NCBI RefSeq assembly: GCF_009914755.1
Contig: NC_060932.1
Direction: 5' to 3' (one strand)
From: the human T2T-CHM13v2.0 reference genome, Homo sapiens
Length of the DNA stretch: 64,000 bases
The position numbers and the translations under genes are program-made. Below the pieces are notes generated by a model. The model was not told the DNA's origin and ran no database searches. It worked only from the letters and a program-made list of their open reading frames with translations. Of this stretch, positions 31,532 to 51,328 are shown piece by piece. Positions within the stretch are counted from its first letter, which is position 1. Every line of letters begins with the position of its first letter.

Positions 31532-32185
31532 TCAGTTTTCCTCCACTGAAATCTCTTTAAAAAAATAGCAACTATTATAAGTATTTATACTGCTTCAGAA
31601 ATCATTCCCTAGAGGTGAGGGTCCAGGTGATTGTGCAGAGAGTGTCAAGATGTGGGAATAGAAATGGCTCAGTTTTCAATATATTTTTTCTCTAACTCTC
31701 ACCTCTAAGTCCCACAAATCAAGGACTTGTGGCTGTCAGTATCCTGTCAGATCCTTCATCCCAGATTCCAGAAATGCAGAATCCTTTTGGACTTGGTATC
31801 CCTCATTTGCTCCTTCAGATCCACTTTTCACCTCTCCCCATGCTCCTTTGTTTCCCAGGAAGCTGACCTCTGTAGGCTTGCCCTCTGACTTCACTTGGGC
31901 TCAGCCATTGGAAAAGACTAATAGGAAATCAGAAAGCAGGAAGAGAGTGGGATCAGAGCATTTATCTCCCCTGTTATTTTCCTGCCAAGCCTTAGGTTAG
32001 CAGTGGCTGCAGTTCTCTACCAAAATCTACAGCTCCTGACACATGGATGTCTTCTAGAAGTGCAATTCCCATCACTCTTGATGAGTTCTGGTAAACATAC
32101 CCTCTTCTTTTCCCATTCAGGCCTCACTGTAGTAACAGTTCCTTTGCTGTTGCTAAATTTGAGATGCATTGCCACCTTTTGTTGG

Positions 32186-32559
32186 TGTAGTAGTCCATTT
32201 TCACCTTGCTATAAAGATACTACCTGAGACTGGGTAATTTCTAAACAAAGGATGCTTAATTAACTCAATTCTGCATCACTGGCGAGGGCTCAGGAAACAT
32301 ACGGTCATGGTGGAAGGCAATTGGGAAGCAAGGCACATCTTATATGGCAGCAGGAAAGACAGAGAGCAAGGAAGTGCCACACTTTAAAACCATCAGCTCT
32401 CCTGGGAACTCACTCATTATCACGAGAATAGCACGGGGGGGGGTGGCGGGGGGAACTGCCCTCATGATCCAGTCACCTCCCATCAGGTCCTTCCCTCAAA
32501 ACATGGGGATTACAATTTGAGAAAAGATTTGGGTGGGGACACAAAGCCAAACCATGTCA
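32186..32559 (-). mobile_element. MSTA-type MaLR solo LTR
   Basis: tgtagtagtccattttcac...aaagccaaaccatgtca; 5-bp TSD gttgg. Confidence 0.8.
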
Positions 32560-34379
32560 GTTGGGTACTCTTAGACTTTTCCTCACTTCTGTCAGTAATC
32601 TCTTTATTAAAGTTTACTCAATTGCCTCACTTGAGTGTGTCTGTTTCCCACCTGGGCTCTGGCTGATACAACTCTCAACATCAAATGTGAAAGCCAGCAC
32701 TTCATGATGCCCTGGTCACCTCAGGTGAATCCAGTCTCATCTCCTACTATACTCCAAAATCAACTTGTTCCTCAGTGTCATAAGCTGCTCTATAATATAG
32801 TCATTCACATACATCTCCCCACCTGGAATGCCAGGGAATTGTGGGCTTTATGTCTTGGAGGGATATAAAAGAGCATTTTGCATTTGAGAAATAAGCAACA
32901 AAGAGTGGGGGAATAAACACAGAAAGGAATAAGATAAATGAATAAAAAGTCTGTCGTTACCGGTGATCTGAGAAGGAAGGATTGGTTTGTAAAAACAGAA
33001 CAAGAAAAACCACATTTCAAATGTTTAAAAAAGACACCATAGGATCTGCATTGAGAGGATAACACAACAGATTGAACCCCTTGGAGTTAATCTGTTAGAA
33101 ACTGAGAAAGAAGGATCACATTAACAAAAGCAGTTTCTACAGGTGGAGAAGACAGAGAAAACACTCTGACCTTTGGAAGCAATGAGATATAAGAAGCTGC
33201 ATGGGCCCTGTGCCTGAAGATTTATGTTATACAGTATGAACAACTTCTGTTGTTGCAGAAAAGGGAGCATTCCAGTTGGCTGTTAATTGTTAAAAAACTT
33301 ATATAGGGTTTTAGCTCTGACAGGTTAAGAGCCTGGAAATCATTACTCCTGTCCTTACAACAAGAAAAAGCTGCACAATTGAAAAATTAACGACTTTTCT
33401 TAGATCCTTCAGAGAACTGAAGTCACAGGGCAAACTACCGCCCCCAAATCTGGAGAGAGAGGTGAATCCATAAAACTACAGCCATATCTGCTTACTGCAG
33501 CAGAAGCCCCTGGAGTCATAACTGGTAAGAATGCTTAAATGCTCATTTTAATAAATTGTTGGAGGCTGAATGTGGACTAGCATGAGAGTGAGAAACTCTT
33601 GGGGGCCATGGTTATAAAGTCACTCACACTTTTGTGGGATTTACCACCAGGAACCTCATCAGGTTCTTAGGGTGAAGAGCCAAGGAAGATCCCCTCTCGG
33701 CTCTGGCAGGCATAGGGGAAGATTAATCATTGTGAAATATACCCAGAGCATATTTGTTCTCCATACCGCAGGCCTACTATTTAGAGAAAAATACTTTACC
33801 AGAGCTTTGTGCTACCTGAGGGAAGAACATTTTTCCCAATGCAGCCCCTTTAAGACTTCCTGTCTTATCTAAGGGAGATGGAAAGCTAAGAAACTCCTGT
33901 GAATGTCACAGCATTGGGAAATACAAAAAACTGAAACTTTATCACAGAATTATAAATTGTTTCCCCTTCTCCATACCTTACCCCCCCACCAAGTCTCCTA
34001 TATAATACTAACGAATTACAGCTGAAACAGCAGCAAGATGCAAACCCTCTCTGAGAAGCCTCTGTAAGCCCAGTCAACAGTGGAGACAAAGACAGGGAAC
34101 TAGAAGGAATTTGAAGCCTCTGGCACCAACAGCTATACCAAATGTTAAACACAGCCCGAGTCCTAGCCAAATTAGTATAAAATGTCACACTAGAGGCCTG
34201 TTTACCTCAGTCCATATTATTTGTTACATAATTTTTAGCTTTGAACCACAAAAAACAAAAAAATTATAAGGAATTCTAAAAGGGAAGAAAAAACAGTCCA
34301 AAGAAATAAGCAGCAGAAATAGACGAAATATGACACAGATATTGGAGTTATTAGGAAATATTTTAAAACTATGATTAAT

Positions 34380-34652
<273 letters not shown>

Positions 34653-35181
34653 ATGGCCTAGAACTTTTCAAAATTAATGTCAGATACAAAACCATAGATC
34701 CAGGAAGATAGGAGAACATTAAGCAAGATAAATGCCAAAAGAAACAAAACAAATGAAAAACCCCCAACTTCTGGGCATATCATATTCCAACTGCAGAAAA
34801 CCAAAGACAAAACCTTGAAAGAATCCAGAGGGGGGAAGTACCTAAGATAGAGAGAAACAAGGATAAGAGTTGTAGCAGATTTTTAAATTAGAAGCCACAC
34901 AAGAAAGACAGTGGAGTACAGTATTTAAAGTGTTGCAAGAAAAAACTACCAACTAGAATTCTATATTTAGGGAAATGACCCTTCAAAAGTAAAGAAGAAA
35001 CAAAGTCATTGTCAGAAAAACAAAAACAGAGGGAATCAATTGCCAGTGGCCTTGCCCTGCAAAAAACATTTAGAGTTCTTCAGGGAGAAGGAAAATGATA
35101 TAGATCAGAAACTCAGGTCTACACAAAGAAAGGAAGGACATTTAAAAAGGCATAAATGAAAGTAAAATATTTTGTCATTCC

Positions 35182-35558
<377 letters not shown>

Positions 35559-35917
35559 TAAGTGAAATGAAAGACAGCAATGTCATAAGGGCTGAGAGGG
35601 AAGAATTGGAAACATTCTGTTGTAAGGCACCACATGTGAAGTGGCATAGTGTTATATGATGGTAGGTTCAGATTAGTTCAAAATGCATATTGAAAACTTT
35701 AGAGTAACCATTAAACTTTAAAAAATAAGTATAATTATTATGCTAAGGGAGAAAAAGAAAATGGAATCATATAAAATGCCCAAAGCCAGAGAAGGAAGGA
35801 AAAAAGTGGGAGGAAACTGGTGTAAGGCCACTCATGGCTTCAAACTTGGCCACTTACCTGCACCTAGCATTAATGACAGGGTCCAGGACTCTCCAGGCCA
35901 CTTAAGAATTGACTTAG

Positions 35918-36224
35918 ACCTGGCAAGGTGACTCACGCATGTAATCTCAGCACTTTGGGAGGTTGAGGCAGGCAGATTGCTGGAGCCCAGGAGTTCGAGA
36001 CCAGACTGGGCAACATGGCAAAATCCCATCTCTACAAAAAATACAAAAGTTAGCTGGGCATCGTGGCACACACCTGTAGTCCCAGCTACTTGGGAGGCTG
36101 AGGTAGAAGGATCACTTGACCCTGGGAGGTTGAGGCTGCAGCAAGAGCCATGGTCACACCAATACACTCCAGACTGGGTGACAGAGTGAGACCTTGTCTC
36201 AAAAAAAAAAAAAAAAAAAAAAAA
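35918..36224 (+). mobile_element. AluJ-like element
   Basis: gagcccaggagttcgag and gaggttgaggctgcag J-type diagnostics; A24 tail. Confidence 0.85.
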
Positions 36225-37354
36225 GGAATTCCTCCTCTAAGGCAGAAAGTATATATTTGGAATCTTTAAATATGTTCTCAATGATTTCACATTTCAAATT
36301 TTTTCCTTTGTGGAAAACCACTAACTTTAGTCTTTTCCTAAGGTACTCTTAAGACAAGCTCCACCTTTGTCAGAGAATACAAGGGAAATAAATTTTACCC
36401 CATCTATCTATGTATCTACGTATCATTCTGTCTGTCCTCTGTTGTCACAACCATATCTTCACTCATTCATCTACTCAGCTTTCTTCTATCTACCTTCTTC
36501 CCTTTCTATGAAATTGACGTTAATATTTGAAGGACAATGATTGGATGAGTCTGTTTCATTCACATTCCTGTTGTCATGGACACAGGGTAATCCTGTAGTT
36601 ATGCAAGGCTGGATGGGATTGGGGAGGTTAATTTGAACCTGAGAATATCTGTATATGTATGTTAGACTATGAGAATAGAACGGAAATAACATATTTAAAT
36701 GTCAGGTTATTTTGAGATTTCTCAAGTTTTAATTAAACTTGCCTACAGGTTACACGTTTGGAGTGCTTGATGAGTTTTTAAATGGAAGAAATAGTCTGTC
36801 TGCCAGATGGATTTTGCCCAAACTCTTTCAGCAATGTTTAAAATAGCATCTTTTTTTTTTTTCATCTTGTCCACAAAATGCTTCTCCAGCATTCCACCCA
36901 TGGAAAGTTTCACTCATTAAATAGCCTAAATATTCCCAGCCCCACATAGAGTTTCTGAAAGAGCCCATGCTGGAGTACAAAGAGTTGAGGTTGCTATTGT
37001 TTCCCTAGGTAAAAATAGAGTGAGCAGAGCAATGGACCAGGAAACAAAGAAATGGTTCTAATCCTAGAGCCACCTCTATTTGCTATGACCTTAGACAATA
37101 ACATAAAGACTTTTTTGATTTCCACTCTAATCATGTAAGTATTTATTAAGTGCCTACCATGTATTCAGTACAGTGAAGTGGGTAAAAAGGAGAATTATTA
37201 AAGCATGGTATGGTTTTGTGAAAAGAATACATACTTTGGAACCAGATAATCCTACCATCTACTGTGTTTCTGAACAGATTACTAATGTCTCCTGTAGGAA
37301 ACAAGGCCATATTTAGTACCTACTATAGGTATCTGATTATCTTTAAGAAGAAAT

Positions 37355-37396
37355 AGTACTAGTGTGCCAAAGTTGAGTACTAGTGTGCCAAAGTTG
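37355..37396. repeat. Perfect 21-bp tandem duplication agtactagtgtgccaaagttg x2
   Basis: Read directly from the sequence. Confidence 0.9.
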
Positions 37397-38832
37397 GGTG
37401 AATGAACAAAAGCAGGTGTGAGAATGTTATGGAGAAATGGTGTATTCAGGGACTGTGTAAGATAACTTGTATATGCAAAACTCAGTAAATGTGAGGAACA
37501 AGTATACACACACATACACACATACATTTTCACATACATACATAAATAGCATATGCAACAGACATTTATATACATATACATTTGTGTGTATGTATATATA
37601 TATATATTTATATATTTTTTCAGACAGAGCTAGAATATTAAGATAGTCCCTGGTCAGTCATCCATTCCAAGCTTTGTCCAGGGCTGCCACATGTAGATTA
37701 CACATTGCATACAAACTGTAATGTGATTGGAGCCCTCTGGAGTTGTGCAGTGTACAACCTGCACAGCTCTTTTTAGTAGAGCTACTGTATCCAGAAAGAA
37801 CTCACAAGGAAAAGTAGAATACAAAAGAGCATAAATTGAATGTAGGAGCAAAACAAAAACAAGAATGGGGACATAAAATGGAATTCATAAAAAAATGAAC
37901 ACTTTGGCACAGTGGGGCTTCAAATTTAGGTGTAAGCCTTCTGTACCATAAAAATGGATCCAGAGTTGGCTTAAAGACAGGCAGAAATATCTCCTGAAGG
38001 GCTTAGTAAAGGGGCCATTCTGCAAAGTGGTAGAAAACTTCATATTCTTGCGATAGACACAACAATAAGCTTGCTAGGAGCATTTGTAATAGAGCCCCCA
38101 GTAAAGGCTATGAATCACTTTCAAGTAAAGTTCAGTAAGAGTAAGTTTATGGATGGAAGGAGATAGGTCAGTACAATGCATTTCAGATACCCAGCTCTCT
38201 CTTTGTTGCTCAGACATGATCAATGGTATACATTTAGAATATTCAGAGAAACAAATAATCTGTTTTAAACATTTGTCTTTCTCAGAGAGGCTTTGATAAG
38301 TACTTTTTTGGATGCATCCAAGATTGTACAGATGATTGTGCTTTGAAGGTCAATCATGCAAGGGAAGATAAAGAATTCACTGTATAAATGGAAAAGAAAA
38401 GGAAAAAGATAAATTAGGAGTACATAGAAATAGCATACTCTACAATGGGCTAGATACTCTGCCAACTTCTGGGGCTATAAAGATGATTAACACCTGCCCT
38501 CAAGCTGTTTGTAATCTAGGCATGGGGTAAGTGTGTATGCAGATAGCCAATTAGCAAATATTATTACTACTAAGAATATTGTAATAGTAACATTAATAGA
38601 TAATATTTTTTTTAAAATTTTTTTTTAATTATACTTTAAGTTTTAGAGTACATGTGCACATTGTGCAGGTTAGTTACATATGTATACATGTGCCATGCTG
38701 GTGTGCTGCACCCACTAACTCGACATCTAGCATTAGGTATATCTCCCAATGCTATCCCTCCCCCCTCCCCCCACCACACAACAGTCCCCAGAGTGTGATG
38801 TTCCCCTTCCTGTGTCCATGTGATCTCATTGT

Positions 38833-42674
<3,842 letters not shown>

Positions 42675-42722
42675 TTATTTTGCTCATTAGTTGATGCAGT
42701 TTCTTCCTAGTGTTGATGGTCT

Positions 42723-43737
42723 TTACATTATGGCATGATTTTGCAGCGGCTGGTACCAGTTCTTCCTTTCCATGTTTAGCGCTTCCTTCAGGAGCTCTTT
42801 TAGGGCAGGCCTGGTGGTGACAAAATCTCTCAGCATTTGCTTGTCTGTAAAGTATTTTATTTCTCCTTCACTTGTGAAGCTTAGTTTGGCTGGATATGAA
42901 ATTCTTGGTTGAAAATTCTTTTCTTTAAGAATGTTGAATATTGGCCCCCACTCTCTTCTGGCTTGTAGGGTTTCTGCCGAGAGATCCGCTGTTAGTCTGA
43001 TGGGCTTCCCTTTGAGGGTAACCCGACCTTTCTCTCTGGCTGCCCTTAACATTTTTTCCTTCATTTCACCTTTGGTGAATCTGACAATTATGTGTCTTGG
43101 AGTTGCTCTTCTCGAGGAGTATCTTTGTGGTGTTCTCTGTATTTCCTGAATCTGAATGTTGGCCTGCCTTGCTAGATTGGGGAAATTCTCCTGGATAATA
43201 TCCTGCAGAGTGTTTTCCAACTTGGTTCCATTCTCCCCATCACTTTCAGGTACACCAATCAGACGTAGATTTGGTCTTTTCACATAGTCCCATATTTCTT
43301 CAAGGCTTTGCTTGTTTCTTTTTATTCTTTTTTCTCTAAACTTTCCTTCTTGCTTCATTTCATTCATTTCATCTTCCATTGCTGATACCCTTTCTTCCAG
43401 TTGATCACATCGGCTCCTGAGGCTTCTGCATTCTTCACGTAGTTCTCGAGCCTTGGTTTTCAGCTCCATCAGCTCCTTTAAGCACTTCTCTGTATTGGTT
43501 ATTCTAGTTATACATTCTTCTAAATTTTTTTCAAAGTTTTCAACTTCTTTGCCTTTGGTTTGAATGTCCTCCCGTAGCTCAGAGTAATTTGATCGTCTGA
43601 AGCCTTCTTCTCTCAGCTCGTCAGTCATTCTCCGTCCAGCTTTGTTCCATTGCTGGTGATGAGCTGCATTCCTTTGGAGGAGGAGAGGCGCTCTGATTTT
43701 TAGAGTTTCCAGTTTTTCCGTTCTGTTTTTTCCCCAT
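42723..43737 (-). pseudogene. L1 ORF1 with 2-bp deletion (38-aa leader plus 301-aa restart ORF)
   Basis: ATG GGG AAA AAA CAG at 43737; aatgactgacgag instead of aatgactttgacgag gives TGA at 43621-43623; span 1015 nt vs 1017 canonical. Confidence 0.9.
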
Positions 43738-44192
43738 CTTTGTGGTTTTATCTACTTTTGGTCTTTGATGATGGTGATGTACAGATGGGTTTTTGGTGTG
43801 GATGTCCTTTCTGTTTGTTAGTTTTCCTTCTAACAGACAGGACCCTCAGCTGCAGGTCTGTTGGAGTACCCTGCCGTGTGAGGTGTCAGTGTGCCCCTGC
43901 TGGAGGGTGCCTCCCAGTTAGGCTGCTCAGGGGTCAGGGGTGAGGGACCCACTTGAGGAGGCAGTCTGCCTGTTCTCAAATCTCCAGCTGCGTACTGGGA
44001 GAACCACTGCTCTCTTCAAAGCTGTCAGACAGGGACATTTAAGTCTGCAGAGGTTACTGCTGTCTTTTTGTTTGTCTGTGCCCTGCCCCCAGAGGTGGAG
44101 CCTACAGAGGCAGGCAGGCCTCCTTGAGCTGTGGTGGGCTCCACCCAGTTGGAGCTTCTGGGCTGCTTTGTTTACCTAAGCAAGCCTGGGCA

Positions 44193-44501
44193 ATGGCGGG
44201 CGCCCCTCCCCCAGCCTCGCTGCCACCTTGCAGTTTGATCTCAGACTGCTGTGCTAGCAATCAGCAAGACTCCGTGGGCGTAGGACCCTCTGAGCCAGGT
44301 GCAGGATATAATCTCGTGGTGTGCTGTTTTTTAAGCCCATCGGAAAAGCGCAGTATTCGGGTGGGAGTGACCCGATTTTCCAGGTGCCGTCCGTCACCCC
44401 TTTCTTTGATTAGGAAAGGGAACTCCCTAACCCCTTGCGCTTCCCGAGTGAGGCAATGCCTCGCCCTGCTTTGGCTCACGCACGGTGCGCGCACCCACTG
44501 A
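44193..44501 (+). CDS. L1 antisense ORF0 homologue, 102-aa extended form
   Basis: gcaATGg Kozak context; MAGAPPPASLPPCSLISDCCASNQ matches the ORF0 N-terminus. Translation at this locus is unproven. Confidence 0.5.
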   Translation: MAGAPPPASLPPCSLISDCCASNQQDSVGVGPSEPGAGYNLVVCCFLSPSEKRSIRVGVTRFSRCRPSPLSLIRKGNSLTPCASRVRQCLALLWLTHGARTH

Positions 44502-44622
44502 CCTGTGCCCACTGTCTGGCACTCCCTAGTGAGATGAACCCGGTACCTCAGATGGAAATGCAGAAATCACCCGTCTTCTGCGTCGCTCAGGCTGGGAGCT
44601 GTAGACTGGAACTGTTCCTATT

Positions 44623-44634
44623 CGGCCATCTTGG
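44623..44634 (-). promoter_or_regulatory. Intact YY1 site of the L1 internal promoter (CCAAGATGGCCG)
   Basis: Sequence at about +10 to +21 of the L1 5'UTR matches the known L1 YY1 motif. Confidence 0.75.
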
Positions 44635-45821
44635 CTCCTCCCCAATAGATAATATTATTGAGTGCTTACTATGAGCGAGATATTTTCCCAAGTTCTTTTT
44701 TATGTTTTAATACACATAATAATTTTCAATCTTGTGAGGTGGTCATGTATTAGTGTTTCTCCATTTTGACTGATGAAGAAATGAAGTCTCAGTTGAGTAA
44801 CTTGCCTGGAGATACATAGCTCATAAGTTGTGGCACATGGATGCAAACCAATCAGGCAGCCTTCTTAAGCAGATGCAATTTAGAATGATTAATGCTTTAA
44901 TAATTGTAAGAAATGAAAATATTTCCTAAAATAAAGAAGGTTCTGGTCTAAATACATTTTCTCATGTAGAATTATTTCCATATATATATATAACTCTACA
45001 TGCTATCAATGGAAAGAACATCATATTCAATGCTGAGTAAGGGATTAAAACTCCAAATATTTGTTCTCATTAAGGAAATTTCTAACTGGGTTTTATTTCG
45101 GAAACATGAGGTTAGATAACCTGTGTAGACTTTTTCTGAGATATCCTTTCATCTTTGTCAACATTATTAGGAAACACTTTATTCCTTGCAACTTTAAAAC
45201 TTGACTAAAAATAAATTCTAGCAAAACTTTTATGGCTAGGCAAATATCAGAGGATGTTCTAAGGCCACCTCTGCCTGGGATTTTTGATCTTTGCAGATAC
45301 TTTGATATTCATAAAAGTACTGAATGGCAAACACATGTTAGCCTAGATTTTTTTTCTGTAAAACATTTTGAGGAATGTCTGCACATACAGATTTTTAACA
45401 AAATTAGAGAGTTTAGATATTACAGATATAAAATGCTTAGTCCCTTTTCCCCTTAGCAGGTCTTGATTTCAGAACTGAATTGGCCTTAGAGAAGTGAATG
45501 AGCGATGAAGAATCTGGGTATAACTTCTAAGGAAGGAAAGAGGAGAAAAAGGATAATGTGGACTCTTTATTCCATGCTCTGTTTATTTATCTTCCTTCGA
45601 GTTTCCCAGAAGAATACTTAACTATGGTACTTTGGCTGGAAAATACTGTATCAAAGAAGCCTATACTAATACACTAGCCTAAGTAAATGTTTCTTTGGAG
45701 TGAAAACCAGGTAACTATGTGAAATATTTGTACAAAGTTTATAGTTTTAAAGTTTTTTTTAAAAGTAAATCCCTTTATTTTCCTATGTAATGACCATATC
45801 ACTTTGGTGAGCTAGGTGTTT

Positions 45822-47305
<1,484 letters not shown>

Positions 47306-48998
47306 TGGTGAGGTAGGTTCTTAACCTATACTTACAGACAAGGAACTGAGGTCCAGAATCAGTTAAGTGAATTGTTCAAGAACAAATATTTAAGAATTTC
47401 ATCTCTGAAATTAAAATCTAAGACAATACCTGACTTCAAGTCAAGAGGTCTTTTCTTTAACCATAACTCTAGTGATGCCAATGAAGTTACTGCTGTTGTT
47501 TTAATGATACAGATTTGCCCCTGGATATTAGGAAAAATAAGGGAGGAACCCAAACAGGCTGGTGTGATAAGACATGTCAAGGTATGACTCTCAGAATCTT
47601 TACTTCCTCTCTGCTCTTCCAAATGGTGGCAAAAAGCCTTGATTTAGCACTGGATAAAGTTACTTTAGGAGGAATCCTGAGGATATTTGAATGAATATTT
47701 AAGCAATGACACTGATTGTATATTTGTTCAGTGGGATATTGTGGGACTTAGATGAGGTATACTTTTCATGCTAAGCAAAAAGGTGCTATACAATCAAAGA
47801 GACTATATTCAAAAGGATGTAGTGAAAATGTAAATATGTACTCTTAACACAGGTAGTGCTTACAGGTTTGAGATATGAAAAAAATGAAAATGAAGTTTTC
47901 TCTTTCAGTATTAATCAAGTCTTTGCTCATACTTTTAATCTCCTATTGTATCTACTATTTCTACTTTTTAGGAAAGGGGAAAAAAGGAATAACTGAGTTA
48001 TTCTGATGAAGAGTAAGAATATGGAATTAAAATAGTCCAAAGACCTAAAAGTCTCCTCTGGTACTCCAATTTTAAAAACTGAGTATTCAGAAGAAATAGA
48101 CTATAATGATTTAAAGGTTAAAAGGAGTTTTAAGATGATTTGTCAAAATATTTCGCCATTTCACATTGATATAAAGTAAATATCAGAAAGAAATTCTCAA
48201 ATAGGTGATTTGACTAATGTAATAGGGGAAAAGACAGCATTTAAATGTTTTGAATGGCAACCAGATATCTAAAACATACAAGAATATATCAATGCCTGAA
48301 TTCTACTCAATAACTTGTTATCTGTGATGAAAAAAGGATGGTGAACAATGAAAGAAATGCAGAAGGTAAATGATCACGTTTATGAAAATAAATGGGCCCA
48401 TAGGAAATCAATTCATTTAGCAAATATTTATGGAGGAACTATTATTTCCAGGCACTATTTAGAGAACTGCAAATTAAAATAACCTATTAAAATGCAATGG
48501 CAATGGGGATAATAAAGTAATATCAGTAATACTGAAGAAAAATAGCTATACATTGTGATTTGTAATGCAAATTGGTTCAATTTTTTTCTGGAAAATAATC
48601 TGCCCATATATTACAAGAGTTATAGAAATGCTTCTACCTTTTGGCCTACTTATTCCGATTTTTGGGAATTAAACCTCAAATAAATAAAATAAAACAAAGT
48701 AATTTTACAAAGATAAATATAGCAGTGTTATTCTTATAATGAAAACTGACAAAAAGGGCACAAGGCTGAATATGCATATACACGACAAAAATGAATGTGC
48801 ATTTGTACATTCACAAAGATAGAAAGATAATTACATTCACTTATTTATTCAATAACTATTTATTAGGCACTTATGTGGACCAGCCACTGCCCTAAGGGCT
48901 GGGGATAGAGTATAGAACAAACCACACATGGTGTCTAGCAGGACCCCTTGGTGCCTGTGTAAAGTGTCTTCATGCAAACTATAAAAATGGGGCTTTTC

Positions 48999-49455
48999 AT
49001 GCACACGTATATTTATCGCTGCTCTGTTCACAATAGCAAAGACTTGGAATCAAACCAAATGTCCATCAATAATAGACTGGAAAAAGAAAATGTGGCACAT
49101 ATGCACCATGGAATACTATGCAGCCATAAAAAAGGATGAGTTCATGTCCTTTGCAGAGACATGGATGAAGCTGGAAACCATCATTCTCAGCAAACTATCA
49201 CAAGGAAAGAAAACCAAACACCACATGTTCTCACTCATAAGTGGGAGTTGAACAACGAGAACACATGGAGACAGGGAGGGGAACATCATACACTGGGGCC
49301 TGTCGGGGGTGGGGGTCTGGGGGAGGGATAGCATTAGGAGAAATACCTAATGTAAATGAGTTGATGGGTGCAGCAAACCAACATGGCACATGTATACCTA
49401 TGTAACAAACCTGCATGTTGTGCACATGTACCCCAGAACGTAAAGTATAATAAAA
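48999..49455 (+). mobile_element. 5'-truncated L1PA 3' end (older primate L1PA)
   Basis: ORF2 end, 3'UTR and taaagtataataaaaaa; degenerate TSD aaaaatggggcttttc / aacaatgtggcttttc. Confidence 0.88.
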
Positions 49456-49982
49456 AACAATGTGGCTTTTCTAAGCATGTGCAGTCCTGTGCTTGGCTAG
49501 AAGAATGCCTCCTTTCACAGAGTGAAAGGTAACTGTGCATGAGAGGGAGCACAACAGCCAGGGCTCATGGCTCAGAAGTGGAGTGAGAACTGGGTTCCTG
49601 CCCTCCCGGTCCCTCTTTGGACATTCTGGTGCAGAGAACATTTGGCACAGCCATAGGTGGTAGTTCTGGTGCTTGCAATTTAGGAAGGAAGAAAAACATT
49701 GAAGAAATAAATGCACTAATGCATGTATAGTTACAAAGATAAGTGCTCCAAAAGAAAGGAACATCATTGGATGAAAGTGTACAGCAGGGAGACCTCGGAG
49801 GTTCCTATAGTGGGGAATCCAGGAAGGCCTGAAAGAAGCTGAGATCTTGGTAAAAGGGTGGGGAAAGCATCCAGGCGGAGGTAATAGAATGTGCAAAAAA
49901 CTCCCTGTGACTGGATAGAGTGTGGTGCATTCAAGGAATGGGAAGACAATGGGTGTCTGGATTAAAGAGAGCAAGGATGGTT

Positions 49983-50303
<321 letters not shown>

Positions 50304-50755
50304 AGAGAGCAAGGCGAGTCAGGTGCAACCTGAAGTAGAGAGGTAGGCAGGGGCTAGACTCTACAGGATCTCATAGGTAAGGAAAATCACTTTGTTCTTA
50401 TCCCTAAAAATGGCATGAAAACATTAAATGGTTTTAAGTGGGAGGGCAGTGATATGATCAGATCTGTGTTTCCAAAAGATCCCTCTGGCTGCAGAGTGGA
50501 GACTGATTGTGGAGGATATGGTTATTGGATTTGAGTGACTTGAAGTAAGCCACTGCAGTTGTCCAGTGAGAGATGGATGAACTGAAGTAGTGGCAGTGGA
50601 GAACATAAGATACAAATGATTTGAGACTTTCTTTGGTGGTAGGATTGACAGGTGTTGAAGGCGGAGTGTCCATGTAGGGTGAAGTAGAGTGTCAAGCATG
50701 TTTTGTTTATCCCCAGTAAAATTTTGAAAGTGAACAATTTAAATAATTTGGTATT

Positions 50756-51237
50756 GTATTAGTTTCCTAGGGCTGCTATAACAAATTATCACAAAACAAC
50801 TGACCTACAACCACAAAAATTTATTATCTCACAGTTCTGGAGGCCAGAAGTCCAAAATCAAAATATCAGCAGGGCTGTGTTTCCTCTAAAGACTCCAGTG
50901 AAAAATCTTTTCTTGCCTCTTCCAGCTTCTAGTGCTGCCAGGCATTTCTTGGCTATGGCTGCAATACTTCAGTTTCTACCCTCAGTCTTCACATGGTCTT
51001 CTCCTCTTATGTCTTTTATAAAGACACTTATAAAAAGTGTCCTTAGGAAGAAGAACCCTCTTTGTCATTGGACTTGGGGCCCTTCAAGATAATTCAGGAT
51101 GATCTCATCTTGAGATCCTTAACTTAATTACATCTGCAAAGACCCTGACCCTTTTTTTCAAGTTAGGTCACATACACAAGTTCCTAGGATTAGGATGTGG
51201 ACTTATCTTTGTGGGAGACACCATTCAACCCACTACA
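50756..51237 (-). mobile_element. MLT1-family MaLR LTR
   Basis: tgtattagtttcctagggctgctataacaaat...attcaacccactaca; TSD ggtat/ggcat. Confidence 0.75.
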
Positions 51238-51328
51238 GGCATCACGTCAATTATCCTTTACATACCCCTCAGTAGGGGTTTATAGGACTGACCTGTGTGC
51301 ACACATCATTTGAGGACCAGTGAAGGTT

